Notes under the pieces: generated by a model | Database searches by the model: none | Seen by the model: only the letters and a program-made list of their open reading frames with translations | What the model was told of the DNA's origin: nothing | NCBI GenBank assembly: GCA_031285625.1 | Contig: JAITVV010000063.1 | Span: forward strand, 1-64,000 | Reading direction: 5' to 3' | Length of the DNA stretch: 64,000 nucleotides | Origin: Prevotella sp. | GTDB lineage: Bacteria > Bacteroidota > Bacteroidia > Bacteroidales > Dysgonomonadaceae | Shown: positions 48,216 to 59,192 of the stretch, piece by piece | Position numbering within the stretch: position 1 is the first letter of the stretch | Layout of the letters: each line of letters begins with the position of its first letter | Program-made: the position numbers and the translations under genes

Positions 48216-51200
48216 ATGAGAAGTTACAAGCTAAGTATTCTTTTTTTTCTGGCTGCTTTCATATTTATACTGAATGTAAAAGCATATAACCTGCGACAAA
48301 TATCTAATCAGGATGGTTTATCAAACAGTGCTATCTTATCCATGTGTCAGGATAAGGATGGTTTTATGTGGTTTGGTTCATGCGATGGGCTAAATATGTT
48401 TAATGGTTTGAATATTCAGGTATATAAGCCTACTAATGATAGAAATAATTTATCCGGGAACCTTATAGAAAATGTCATTGAGGCAGAGAATGGTATTTTG
48501 TGGGTACATACCAACTACGGACTGAACAGGTTTGATAAAAAAAGGAATCAAATAAAATCATACAATCAGTTTAAAGGACGATACCTGATACAGAAGGACA
48601 GCAATAATCGTATATATATAATAAATGAGAATGGCATCCACTATTATAATGAAAATAGCGATTCTTTCAAGAGAATAGAATTGGAGAATCTATCCTATAA
48701 GGATATTCTGGATTTTATTGTTCTGGATGACCATATCCAACTATTTACAAGTAATAAGATTAATCCGGCCTATAGAATTGATGAAAATAATGACGATATC
48801 CGATTAGTACAAGATAAGCCTTTTGAACATACGGAGAATCTCTTATTTTGTTTTCACGAAAGGGATTTCCCTGATATAACATACTTTATAGATGATACAT
48901 ACACGCTTTATGAATATCATGTAAAAGACCGGAAGAAGTATTATATATTTAATTTGAAAAATGAGATTGTTAAGAATGGAGAAATATCATCAATAATAAA
49001 ATATCATAATGATTATTTTATTGGCTTCAAAACAAACGGATTACTACGTCTAATCAATATGCCTGACAAATTAGATAACTACCGAATTGAAGATGTGGGT
49101 ATAAAATCAGGGATATTTTGCTTAGCTAAAGATAAATACCAGAATTTAGTATGGGTAGGGACTGATGGACAGGGGGTGTATATGTACTCTAATGACTCAT
49201 ATTCTATCAGATCTGTCATGTTTAACTCTTTTGCAAGGAATATAGAGAAGCCTGTGAGGGCTATACTACTAGATAAAGAGAAAACATTGTGGATAGGGAC
49301 AAAAGGTGATGGAATAGTAAAAATAAAAGATTATGATTCAAAGCAAGTCCCTACAAAATATTTATCGGAATATAGTAATGCTACAAATACGTCCCTTGTT
49401 GATAATTCCGTATACGCATTTGCCAAGAGCAATAAAAACATACTTTGGATCGGATGCGAAACAGGCTTAAACTATTATTCATATAGAGATAGATCGATAA
49501 AAACGATTCAACTCACTGCAAATGGAGAACCTGTTAAGTATGTACATTCGATCTGTGAATTAAACGATACTACCCTCTGGCTGGCAACAGTCGGGACCGG
49601 TATTGTTAAAGCTACGATATCAGGATCATCGGATACTCCTGTATTAAAAAATGCAGAAAGAATCAGGATTCGAGGAGGAAAAGACTCAGAAAATTATTTC
49701 TTCACCATATATAAAGAGGATGAATCCACTCTATGGTTTGGCAACAGAGGGCGTGGTGCTTTCAAGTTGGACGTAAATACATCCAGGTTAGATACTGTTA
49801 TATTTGATAACGGGATAAATCAAACCCTGAATGACATATTTTCCATAAAGAAAGATTCGAATGGAAATTTCTGGTTTGGCACCAGTTTTGGAGTCGTTAA
49901 GTACTCTCCTTACAAAAGGGAAACTGTTTTTAATGAAAGAAACGGATTTCCAAATAATACTATACACGGTATATTATCAGATAATCAAAATAATTTATGG
50001 TTTAGTACTAACCGTGGAATAATCAAATTCAATATAGAGCAGGATAACTTTCAGATATATTCCCATCTGAATGGACTACAGATTATAGAGTATAGTGATG
50101 GAGCATACTTTAAAGATGAAGATTCAGGTACTTTATTCTTTGGTGGAGTGAATGGCTTCACTTCCATAGCAGAAACAGGCTCGGTACAAGAAGAATATTT
50201 ACCCCCAATTCATTTTGATAACCTTATGATATTTGGAAAAGAGAAAAATATATTCGACTTTTTAGATAAGGAGACTCTGGAGTTGAACTATGATCAGAAT
50301 TTTTTCTCTATTTCATTCACAGCCTTGGATTATATTAATGGCAATAACTACACATATTACTATAAACTGGAAGACCTGAGCACACAATGGATCGATAATG
50401 GCACATCGAATAATCTATCATTTACCAGCTTGTCTCCGGGAACCTATACTTTATATATCAAATATATCAATCGATTAACCGGGAAAGAGAGCGCTGTGGA
50501 CTCCATCATTATAAAAATACGGCCACCATGGTATATGTCTGTATGGGCATACATAATTTATGGCATTCTTATTTTATCCGTTATTGCACTATTTATACGA
50601 GCTGCTATTATTCGTGATAAGAAGAAGAAGTATAAAGCTATAATGAAAATGAAGCAACAGCATAAGGAAGAAGTGCAAGAATCAAAACTACGCTTCTTTA
50701 CGAATATTGCTCATGAATTCTGTACCCCATTAACATTAATATATGGCCCTTGCAGCCGCATATTATCACATAATGGATCTGATAAGTTCGTAAAGAAATA
50801 CACACAGCTTATCCAACGAAATGCAGAACGGCTAAATGATCTTATTCAGGATCTTATTGAATTCAGAAGAATAGAGACAGGTAATAAAACGCCCCAAATA
50901 GAGTCGTTATCTATTACAGAGATTGTAAATGATGTTGCAGACTCTTTCAATGATCTGGCTGATTCGAGGAATATTCGCTTTGTCAGGAATATACAAGACT
51001 CTCTTATCTGGAATTCAGATAAAGGTTTTGTATATACTATATTAACTAATCTTGTTTCTAATGCCTTTAAGTATACATCAATCAATGGCTTTATTCAGAT
51101 AGATACTGCAATACAGGAGGACAGATCCCTTATGATGGTTGTATCTAATACAGGGAAAGGGATAAAAGCTGAAAATCTGACTAAAATATTTGATCGTTAC

Positions 51201-52235
51201 AGCATATTGGATAGCTTTGAAAACAGGGAAGGGAATAATGCATCACGTAATGGATTAGGGCTAGCTATATCCTACAATATGGTTAAATTACTGGATGGAA
51301 CAATAGAAGTGAATAGTATCCTAAATGAACGGACAGACTTTATTGTCAAGTTACCGGAAAAGGATCTATCAATAGTAAACCCAGAGATTATCAGACCTGA
51401 AATTAATTTAAGGAGAGAATATGAACCGGCTATAGAAGTACCTAAATATACCTATGATAAATTTAAACCCACTATTCTGATAATAGATGACGATGTGGAA
51501 ATTCTTTGGTTTATCAGTGAAATATTTACTGATGAATACAATGTAATTCCATTAAATAAACCGCTGGACATAGAAGACATGCTTTCTAAAATACATCCCA
51601 ATATTATTATCTGCGATGTAATGATGCCCGGCATGGATGGTATTACTCTGGCCAAAGAAATAAAAGCGAATAAGAAAACGGCACATATCCCTATGATCTT
51701 GATATCCGCCAAACATACAATAGAAGAGCAGATAGAGGGATTAGCCTCCGGAGCCGAAATGTATATTGCCAAACCTTTCAATACCGATTATCTGCGAACA
51801 TCCGTCGCCCATCTCATTTCGAGGAAAGAAATGCTTAAGGACTACTTCAACTCACCATTAAGCGCTTTCGATCTGGCAGAGGGGAAGTTAACTCATAGGG
51901 AAAATACCAAGTTTGTGCAGGATATACACGATATTATAGAAAAAAATATAATGAATAACAAGCTGTCTGCACAATTCATAGCATCAGAACTAAATATGAG
52001 CCCTCGTCATTTGTACCGCAGGCTAAATGAGATTAATAGCGATAGTCCGGCTGATATGATAAGGGAAAGCCGGCTACATATTGCACGTAATTTGCTATTG
52101 AGCACGAAACTGACTATAGACGAAGTTATTTACAAGTCAGGATTCTCCAACAGGGCTACCTTCTTCAGGCAATTTGCTTCAAAATATGGTTGTACCCCTA
52201 AAGAGTATAGAGAAAGAGAAACCTTAGATATATAA
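48216..52235 (+). CDS. Hybrid two-component system (sensor kinase, response regulator, AraC HTH)
   Basis: Reg_prop propellers, Y_Y_Y domain, TM, FFTNIAHEFCTPL, NLVSNAFKYT, receiver ICDVMMP, C-terminal HTH. Confidence 0.95.
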   Translation: MRSYKLSILFFLAAFIFILNVKAYNLRQISNQDGLSNSAILSMCQDKDGFMWFGSCDGLNMFNGLNIQVYKPTNDRNNLSGNLIENVIEAENGILWVHTNYGLNRFDKKRNQIKSYNQFKGRYLIQKDSNNRIYIINENGIHYYNENSDSFKRIELENLSYKDILDFIVLDDHIQLFTSNKINPAYRIDENNDDIRLVQDKPFEHTENLLFCFHERDFPDITYFIDDTYTLYEYHVKDRKKYYIFNLKNEIVKNGEISSIIKYHNDYFIGFKTNGLLRLINMPDKLDNYRIEDVGIKSGIFCLAKDKYQNLVWVGTDGQGVYMYSNDSYSIRSVMFNSFARNIEKPVRAILLDKEKTLWIGTKGDGIVKIKDYDSKQVPTKYLSEYSNATNTSLVDNSVYAFAKSNKNILWIGCETGLNYYSYRDRSIKTIQLTANGEPVKYVHSICELNDTTLWLATVGTGIVKATISGSSDTPVLKNAERIRIRGGKDSENYFFTIYKEDESTLWFGNRGRGAFKLDVNTSRLDTVIFDNGINQTLNDIFSIKKDSNGNFWFGTSFGVVKYSPYKRETVFNERNGFPNNTIHGILSDNQNNLWFSTNRGIIKFNIEQDNFQIYSHLNGLQIIEYSDGAYFKDEDSGTLFFGGVNGFTSIAETGSVQEEYLPPIHFDNLMIFGKEKNIFDFLDKETLELNYDQNFFSISFTALDYINGNNYTYYYKLEDLSTQWIDNGTSNNLSFTSLSPGTYTLYIKYINRLTGKESAVDSIIIKIRPPWYMSVWAYIIYGILILSVIALFIRAAIIRDKKKKYKAIMKMKQQHKEEVQESKLRFFTNIAHEFCTPLTLIYGPCSRILSHNGSDKFVKKYTQLIQRNAERLNDLIQDLIEFRRIETGNKTPQIESLSITEIVNDVADSFNDLADSRNIRFVRNIQDSLIWNSDKGFVYTILTNLVSNAFKYTSINGFIQIDTAIQEDRSLMMVVSNTGKGIKAENLTKIFDRYSILDSFENREGNNASRNGLGLAISYNMVKLLDGTIEVNSILNERTDFIVKLPEKDLSIVNPEIIRPEINLRREYEPAIEVPKYTYDKFKPTILIIDDDVEILWFISEIFTDEYNVIPLNKPLDIEDMLSKIHPNIIICDVMMPGMDGITLAKEIKANKKTAHIPMILISAKHTIEEQIEGLASGAEMYIAKPFNTDYLRTSVAHLISRKEMLKDYFNSPLSAFDLAEGKLTHRENTKFVQDIHDIIEKNIMNNKLSAQFIASELNMSPRHLYRRLNEINSDSPADMIRESRLHIARNLLLSTKLTIDEVIYKSGFSNRATFFRQFASKYGCTPKEYRERETLDI

Positions 52236-52264
52236 AAAAACTCAGGTAAAGATTTACCTGAGTT
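52234..52264. terminator. Terminator between the HTCS and skp genes
   Basis: AACTCAGGTAAA-GA-TTTACCTGAGTT with A-tract. Confidence 0.8.
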
Positions 52265-52292
52265 CCATATATTTTATTTACTATCTGAAATC

Positions 52293-52793
52293 TTAATTCG
52301 TAATTCCAAGTTTAGCTTTTACCTTAGGACCTGCATCAACAGCGTTGCTGCCGAAGTGTAACAAAGCCCCCGCATTAAGGATATAAGTATAGCCATTTTC
52401 ATCACCTACAGTTTTAATAGCACCTCTTAGCTTTTCTTGCAGAGGAGTAATTAAAGTCTGTTGCTCTTTTTCGTATTCCTGTTGGCTTGTTTGTAAAAAA
52501 GTCTGATATCTTGTCTGAAGATCTTCTAGTTGTTTATTTCTGTCAAGGATAATGGCTTCAGTCAGATTTGCAGTATCACCTCTGAATGCTTCAAGCTTAT
52601 CGTTGTATTCTTTTTCAAGAGCAGCAATATTCTTTCTTATCGTCTCGCTTTTTGTGGCTAATTTTGATTCTACGTCTTTTAATTCAGGCATCTTAGAAAA
52701 TACCTCTTCCGCGTTGACAAATGCAATTTTATCTTGAGCAAACATCGCTAATGGAGCTACTACAAGTAATAGTAAAAATAGTTTCTTAAACAT
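52293..52793 (-). CDS. skp: OmpH/Skp periplasmic chaperone
   Basis: Signal peptide, KIAFVN, coiled coil, GYTYIL; second of a tandem pair after bamA. Confidence 0.88.
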   Translation of the reverse strand: MFKKLFLLLLVVAPLAMFAQDKIAFVNAEEVFSKMPELKDVESKLATKSETIRKNIAALEKEYNDKLEAFRGDTANLTEAIILDRNKQLEDLQTRYQTFLQTSQQEYEKEQQTLITPLQEKLRGAIKTVGDENGYTYILNAGALLHFGSNAVDAGPKVKAKLGITN

Positions 52794-52852
52794 AGTTATA
52801 AGTTAATTTATTTATTTGGTTAATCATTTATTTCTGTGACAAATATATATAA

Positions 52853-53368
52853 TTATTTTGAATATCCGAGTTTCGCTAAGACTTCATTACTTATATCTAT
52901 TCTGGGGGAAGCGAATATAACACTTTCGGCAGATGCCCTGTCTAGGACTAGTTGATATCCTTTAGCCTCAGAAATCTCCTTTATTGCATTGTATATATCA
53001 TCCTGTATAGGTTTCACAAGAGCTTCTCTTTTTTTGAATAACTCACCTTCAGGTCCGAAATATTTACGGTTCAGTTCCTGTAAACTCTTTTCTTTCTCTA
53101 CGATTTCGTTCTCGCGTTTTGTCTTCTGCTCACCTGACAAGAAAACAAGATCAGACTGATATGACTTATACATATTCTTCACATCCTGCTGTACTTTCTC
53201 AACTTCTCCCTGCCACTTTTTAGACATTACATCCAACTGCTCCTGAGCTGTTTCATAGCTACTGATATTCTTCAATATATAATCCATATCTATCAGGGCA
53301 AACTTCTGTGCATAGCTACCAGCCGCAATTCCGATAAATAATGCAAATAGTAAAAATATTCTTTTCAT
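52853..53368 (-). CDS. skp: OmpH/Skp periplasmic chaperone (Omp17-like)
   Basis: QKFALIDMDYIL, FGPEGELFKKR, IDISNEVL; start taken at MKRIFLL. Confidence 0.9.
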   Translation of the reverse strand: MKRIFLLFALFIGIAAGSYAQKFALIDMDYILKNISSYETAQEQLDVMSKKWQGEVEKVQQDVKNMYKSYQSDLVFLSGEQKTKRENEIVEKEKSLQELNRKYFGPEGELFKKREALVKPIQDDIYNAIKEISEAKGYQLVLDRASAESVIFASPRIDISNEVLAKLGYSK

Positions 53369-53445
53369 AACTGTTAATTTTAGTGTGATATATCTATTAG
53401 ACACACGACTAACATTTTAGTTTACTTTTCTGTGTATAAATAATG

Positions 53446-56121
53446 TTAAAACTCTTGTCCTATGATAAAGTGGAACTGGCTGCCGCTTCTATCACGTGAT
53501 CCGTTGATAGGGTCAAATCCATATGCCCAGTCGATACCCATCAGCCCGATCATAGGAAGCATTATACGTGCTCCAAAACCGGCAGAGCGTTTCAGATCGA
53601 ATGGATTAAATCTGCTTAGGTCATTCCATGCATTACCAGCTTCAACAAAGCCTAAGATATAGATTGTTGATGAAGGTTCCAGGATTAGAGGATATCTTAG
53701 TTCCATAGCCAAACGAGAATATGCACTGGCCTGAGTTCCTAATGAACCATTCTCATATCCGCGAAGACCAATTGTTTCGGTAGCATATGTACTTGAATAT
53801 CCTGACATACCATCACCCCCCATATAGAACGTTTCGAATGGTGACTTTTTGTGCTTATTGAAATAACCCACAAAACCATATTCCGCACGAGTCATCAACA
53901 CCGGTGTTTTTGTAGCTGATGATAAAGATGTAAATGTCTTAGCTTTGAATTTCCATTTATGATATTCGATCCATTTAAATTTCTCACTGGATTCATAATA
54001 ATTATCAATAAGTTTCATTGAAGCATAATCTTTTCCATCCCAAAGAGAGAACGGAGGAGTTACTTGCAAACTTAATGATATATCTGTACCGCGACGGGTA
54101 TATATAGGATTGTCGATAGAGCGTCTGCTTAGTGTCAAATTCAGGCTTAAGTTGTTTGCTACCCCATCCTTCACAATGAAGTATGCCCAGTCCTTCATAC
54201 TGTATCTCTGATATGAAAGTTCTGCCTGAATTGTAAAGTAGTCATCCGGCCAAGTTAAACGTTTACCATAACCTATAGATGCGCCTATCATTGTTATCGA
54301 CTTGTTAGGGTCAGATGCAAAACTGTAGTCTCCGCCATAGCCATTTCCATAACCACTACCATATCCGTAGCCATACCCATACCCGTAACCATAGCCGCTA
54401 TTACCAAGATATCTGCTATTGATATCCGTTTGGCGTGAATAATATAGTCCTACCGATAATGAATTAGGGCGTTTACCTCCAAACCATGGGTCGAAGAATG
54501 AAACAGAGTAAGATTGATAATATTTAGCATTTGTTTGTGCACTTAATGTCAGAGTTTGTCCCTCTCCTTGTGGAATAATACCTTTATAAGAACCCGGGTT
54601 CAACAAGTTCTTTAAAGAGAAGTTTGTAAACTTCAAACTCAATTTCCCGATGATACCTGTTTGTCCCCATCCGGCAGAAAATTCAACCTGGTCATTAGCT
54701 TTAGATACCAGTGGCAAGCCCACATCTACTGTTCCCGATTCCGGATCCGGATCTATTTTAGGATTGCTTAATTGTTCCGGGTCGAAGTGTCCCATTTGTG
54801 CAACCTCACGTATAGAGCGGATAATATCATCGCGGCTATACAAGGCTCCTGGTCTTATTCTTAACTCACGACGCACTACATCTTCATATACGCGGTCGTT
54901 ACCTGTAATAGTTACATTACGTATTGTAGCTACCGGACCTTCAGTTATACGTATTTCCAAATCAATAGAGTCATTCTCTATATTAACCTCTACAGGATCA
55001 GCATTGGAGAATAAGTAACCATGATTTTGGTAAAATACATTCATTACAGCACCATCTTCTACCAGAAGGCGTTCTGTCAGCTTTTTCTGGTTGTATACAT
55101 CCCCCGGCTTCATATTCAACTGTGCTTGTAGTTGCCATGTAGGATAAATCGTATTACCAACCCATTTTATATCTTTTACAAAGTATTGTTTTCCTTCTTC
55201 AACCTTTATCTCAATATTCATTTTATCCGGTTTTCCTTCTGCTGTAGCCGGATACACAGTATCCCAAAGAATAGTAGCATCACGATATCCTAATTCATTG
55301 TATTTAGATATCAGATTTTCTTTATCTTCTTCGTAGCTTTCAGGAACATATTTGGTTGAACGCAGGAAGTTAGCCAGCCATGCTTTGAAATTACTCTTAT
55401 GCCTGGTTTTCTTCATTGCTTTTTCAAGCGTTCTGGCACTAACCTCTTGGTTTCCTTCAATTTCAATACGGTTAACCTTTGTCTTATTCTTTTTCAACAC
55501 ATCTATGTTAAGAATAACATGGTTTTCTTTTGACAAATCAGGTGTTTCGGTAAGAGTGATCTCTGCTTTATTGAAACCTTTTTCGTCAAAATATTTCTTT
55601 ATGATCGTTTTAGCTCTGTCCATCTGGTATGGGGTTATCTGCAGATTCTTCACCATACCTACCTTTGCTGCAATATCCTGACGTTCCGATTTTTTCATTC
55701 CGGTATATACAATATCAGAAATACGAGGACGTTCTTTCAGGTTGATATCCAGCCATATCTTATTCCCGTCTATCTTTGTTGCTGCTATCTTTATATCCGA
55801 AAACAGACCTTGTTTCCAAAAACGTCTGACAGCATTGGTTATTTCGGGTCCCGGAACCTCGATAACATCTCCGACCTGTAATTGGGCAAACCCAAATAAT
55901 GTATAGTCTTCGTACATAGGATTTACCAATCCGGAGATTTTAAGGTCTGCTATCTCATATCTTTTACTTGTATTATATGAAATTACAGGTAAATCTTGTA
56001 CATTCGCCTCAAGGGCTTTATTTACATTTTTAATCTCTGTACTGTCCACATCTTGAGCCTGCATCCCAACGGAAACAAAACAAAAAATGAGAGTTAGAAA
56101 AAGTAAACCTTTATTGAACAT
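53446..56121 (-). CDS. bamA: Outer membrane protein assembly factor BamA
   Basis: POTRA repeats, IGLRGYE motif, terminal FHFIIGQEF; uppS-bamA-skp synteny. Confidence 0.95.
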   Translation of the reverse strand: MFNKGLLFLTLIFCFVSVGMQAQDVDSTEIKNVNKALEANVQDLPVISYNTSKRYEIADLKISGLVNPMYEDYTLFGFAQLQVGDVIEVPGPEITNAVRRFWKQGLFSDIKIAATKIDGNKIWLDINLKERPRISDIVYTGMKKSERQDIAAKVGMVKNLQITPYQMDRAKTIIKKYFDEKGFNKAEITLTETPDLSKENHVILNIDVLKKNKTKVNRIEIEGNQEVSARTLEKAMKKTRHKSNFKAWLANFLRSTKYVPESYEEDKENLISKYNELGYRDATILWDTVYPATAEGKPDKMNIEIKVEEGKQYFVKDIKWVGNTIYPTWQLQAQLNMKPGDVYNQKKLTERLLVEDGAVMNVFYQNHGYLFSNADPVEVNIENDSIDLEIRITEGPVATIRNVTITGNDRVYEDVVRRELRIRPGALYSRDDIIRSIREVAQMGHFDPEQLSNPKIDPDPESGTVDVGLPLVSKANDQVEFSAGWGQTGIIGKLSLKFTNFSLKNLLNPGSYKGIIPQGEGQTLTLSAQTNAKYYQSYSVSFFDPWFGGKRPNSLSVGLYYSRQTDINSRYLGNSGYGYGYGYGYGYGSGYGNGYGGDYSFASDPNKSITMIGASIGYGKRLTWPDDYFTIQAELSYQRYSMKDWAYFIVKDGVANNLSLNLTLSRRSIDNPIYTRRGTDISLSLQVTPPFSLWDGKDYASMKLIDNYYESSEKFKWIEYHKWKFKAKTFTSLSSATKTPVLMTRAEYGFVGYFNKHKKSPFETFYMGGDGMSGYSSTYATETIGLRGYENGSLGTQASAYSRLAMELRYPLILEPSSTIYILGFVEAGNAWNDLSRFNPFDLKRSAGFGARIMLPMIGLMGIDWAYGFDPINGSRDRSGSQFHFIIGQEF

Positions 56122-56184
56122 ATGCTGGTCTATAGTTATTAACTAGTTATATTGTTATTTTGTGTCGTTTTATCCGATTGGTTG

Positions 56185-56931
56185 TCAGTTACCTGAAACC
56201 TGCTCACTTGTTTTTCCAAAACGACGTTCTCTATTCTGAAAATCTAAGACAGCCTTGTATAATGATTCCTCATTAAACTCAGGCCAAAGTTCATCTGTAA
56301 AATAAAGTTCGGAATAAGCAATCTGCCAAAGCAGAAAGTTACTTATCCGTAATTCTCCTCCTGTTCTAATCAGTATATCAGGATCGGGGATACCCTTTGT
56401 TGCAAGATATTGAGGGATAAGGGACTCATCAATGTCCTCTTCTTTAATTTTCCCCTCTTTCAGATCATGAGCAATACTCTTCATTGCTTTTGTCAATTCC
56501 CATTTTGAAGAATAGCTGAGTGCCAGAATAACAGTTGTTCCTGTACATTTAGCTGTTTCGGCTAAACAGAAATCCAACGCTTTCTGAGTATCGGCAGGTA
56601 AGCGCTCTATATCACCTATAACTTTAACCCGGATATTGTTCTTTATCAGATCTGGTGTTTCATTTGCTACAGCTTGTATCATCAACGCCATAAGCGCTTT
56701 TACTTCTTCTACCGGTCTGTTCCAGTTTTCGGTAGAAAATGTATAGAGCGTAATATAAGAAATTTCAGCTTTTGCAGCAGCTTCAATAGCCCTGCGTACA
56801 GCAGTTATCCCTTCCTTGTGCCCAAAGGCCCGGTCAAGATTTTGACGTTTAGCCCAACGTCCGTTACCATCCATGATGACAGCTACATGTTGAGGTACTC
56901 TACTCTTATCTATTTGGTCAAAAAATGACAT
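56185..56931 (-). CDS. uppS: Undecaprenyl diphosphate synthase
   Basis: HVAVIMDGNGRWA, FSTENWNRP, DILIRTGGELRISNFLLWQ. Confidence 0.97.
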   Translation of the reverse strand: MSFFDQIDKSRVPQHVAVIMDGNGRWAKRQNLDRAFGHKEGITAVRRAIEAAAKAEISYITLYTFSTENWNRPVEEVKALMALMIQAVANETPDLIKNNIRVKVIGDIERLPADTQKALDFCLAETAKCTGTTVILALSYSSKWELTKAMKSIAHDLKEGKIKEEDIDESLIPQYLATKGIPDPDILIRTGGELRISNFLLWQIAYSELYFTDELWPEFNEESLYKAVLDFQNRERRFGKTSEQVSGN

Positions 56932-56951
56932 CTATATGTTGTTTTATTTAA

Positions 56952-57677
56952 TTAATCAGAATTTAAACAAGGACATACCCGAGCTCCGAAATCCCATGTT
57001 ATGGTTATCATTGTCAAAGAGTACCAGTCATTATTTTTAAAGATACCTCCTTTTATATTATAAGGACTATCTAAATCAAATTTTCCATTTTTCTCTGTAA
57101 CATCGAAAGAGTCACTGAATAGTTTTCTGAATGAAAATTCAAATCCGATATTCAACCGATCTTTCATCTTATACTTCAAACCTACTCCGATAGGTATATT
57201 TGCATCCAGAAATTTTTTCTTTCCCGAGGCAAATGTTAATCCTACTCCGGTGAATACATATGGTGTCATGCGCTTCGCCCCTAGATACCCGAATTTGTCG
57301 CTATAATTGAAGAAATTAAATTCAATCTGGCTACCTAACTCATAAAACATTCTACTAAAGGAGGCTTGCTGCTCTAATGGGAATTTATTACCAGAATCTC
57401 TAGTATCACCCGACACTTTACCTATGACAAAATTATTTTTCACAGACCATCTTAAGTCTTTGTTATATCTGAATATAACTCCGGCTGACAATCCCGGATT
57501 TTGATATAATTTTGTTTTATTGGCATCTCCCATGTAGAAAGATGTTCCCGCCATACCACCAATCTCGTACTTATAATCATCCTGCGCATTGAGAGTGATA
57601 GACGAGAAGAGAGAAGCTACAATAAGCGGAAAAATAAACAATAAATTCTCTTTTCTCATTTCAAAACCATTATTCAA
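56952..57677 (-). CDS. DUF6089 / PorG-like outer membrane beta-barrel protein
   Basis: YEIGGMAGTSFYMGDAN, alternating beta strands, KNNDWYS; position upstream of uppS-bamA as for Porphyromonas porG. Confidence 0.7.
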   Translation of the reverse strand: MNNGFEMRKENLLFIFPLIVASLFSSITLNAQDDYKYEIGGMAGTSFYMGDANKTKLYQNPGLSAGVIFRYNKDLRWSVKNNFVIGKVSGDTRDSGNKFPLEQQASFSRMFYELGSQIEFNFFNYSDKFGYLGAKRMTPYVFTGVGLTFASGKKKFLDANIPIGVGLKYKMKDRLNIGFEFSFRKLFSDSFDVTEKNGKFDLDSPYNIKGGIFKNNDWYSLTMITITWDFGARVCPCLNSD

Positions 57678-57734
57678 TATCTATCTAACGCAAAAAAACA
57701 GATCATAAGTATATTACCGGCAAACTTTAAGTAT

Positions 57735-59114
57735 TTAAGGAATGAGTTTGTTTAAACGGCCTTTCCAAATTTCTCTAACAGGTGTTGAACCTGCATCGGA
57801 TACTCCACCGAATACCCATATATAATTTTCATCATCAATCACTATAGATTGTCCCGATGCTTTTGGCATCTTAGAGTCAACAGGCTCCTTAGCAGAAGCA
57901 GCTACCCATTTGTATCCTAGGCTTGAACTTTTGTATAATACATTTTTAGTGAGAGCATACATGTAACCATCATATAAGAAAGAACTTATTCCTACATTTG
58001 CAGTAAAAGCAAAATTCTCCTGGGTAGGCATGATCTCCAACTTATTCTCTCCTTCACGTATAGTCCAGCTTAGATTTGTTTGCGCATTTGAGAACAGTTT
58101 TCCTCCTGTTGTAACCAGAAGATTATTATTCAGATTGCTTCTATCATAGATAGTAACCGAAGAAAAACCTGTTACAGGGAAGTTTACAGGAACTTCGTTA
58201 GACAAAGGATTATAGCTTAAATTCTCCACCACCTCCAATGTATTCATATCGGATGTCTTGGCAAAGTAGTATTTACCCGCATTCTCTGTAACAACTAAAA
58301 GCAAGTCTTTTGCTTCTGTTGCCGCAGGTAATACACCTATTATAGAGTATACATTTGTATTTCTCGCATTCCATGTTACACCGTCAGTTGAGCTATATGA
58401 TTTTTTAGCAGCATCTACGGCATAGAAAGTATTATTAAATAGTGTTATATTATCCAGTATAACTGTTGCCGGCAAAGTGGATATCATTGTTTGCTTTGTC
58501 CAGACCGATACATTTGACTTATCTGCCGTATATAAAGAGAAGCTACCGTTCTCGATAGTGAAAGTATAAAATGTGTTCTCTTTCAATATCGTTCTCTGCT
58601 TACCTATTGTTGAAGGTTGTGTTCCTGCACTTTTCCAGGTTAAAGTATCAGGATCCACCTTATGTATTCTTATATCAATAGTATATTCTCTAGTGTTTGT
58701 TCCATTAGCAGCTGTAACCTTAATTTTAGGTTTCAAAGAAAAATCGATAGAATCTGAACCGTTCCAGTCCGCAACAGAATCTGGGTAAATTAATTGAAGT
58801 TTACTAGGGCTTGAAGAGTTTGAGTACGTTAATGTAGTCGCAAATTTCTTCAGAGCTGTTTTGTATGGTAATGAATCTTGGTTGTAGATCAAAGCTTTCA
58901 TCTGATCTATAGAAAACATAGCTTTGGCCATTATCGGATAGTTGACCGAATCTACGGATGTTACCGGTATAGCTGATACTTTGAAAGAATATATTTGTGC
59001 ATCGGCAGATAATCCGGTAGCAGTATACTCATTATCATCGTTATTACAAGAACTTAGTATAGCAACCGAAAATATCGAAAGAAATAGTAGTCGAATAACT
59101 TGCTTCAATTTCAT
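57735..59114 (-). CDS. DUF6242-like lipoprotein
   Basis: Lipobox LSSC; FSIDQ..IYNQDSLPY, IHKVDPDTLTW, WKGRLNKL. Confidence 0.7.
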   Translation of the reverse strand: MKLKQVIRLLFLSIFSVAILSSCNNDDNEYTATGLSADAQIYSFKVSAIPVTSVDSVNYPIMAKAMFSIDQMKALIYNQDSLPYKTALKKFATTLTYSNSSSPSKLQLIYPDSVADWNGSDSIDFSLKPKIKVTAANGTNTREYTIDIRIHKVDPDTLTWKSAGTQPSTIGKQRTILKENTFYTFTIENGSFSLYTADKSNVSVWTKQTMISTLPATVILDNITLFNNTFYAVDAAKKSYSSTDGVTWNARNTNVYSIIGVLPAATEAKDLLLVVTENAGKYYFAKTSDMNTLEVVENLSYNPLSNEVPVNFPVTGFSSVTIYDRSNLNNNLLVTTGGKLFSNAQTNLSWTIREGENKLEIMPTQENFAFTANVGISSFLYDGYMYALTKNVLYKSSSLGYKWVAASAKEPVDSKMPKASGQSIVIDDENYIWVFGGVSDAGSTPVREIWKGRLNKLIP

Positions 59115-59192
59115 TTGTTTTAAACAGTTTTATTCAATATCAATGTGCAAAAATAGAAAGAATTTCGGCTTACGCGTCAATAAATCTAATAT

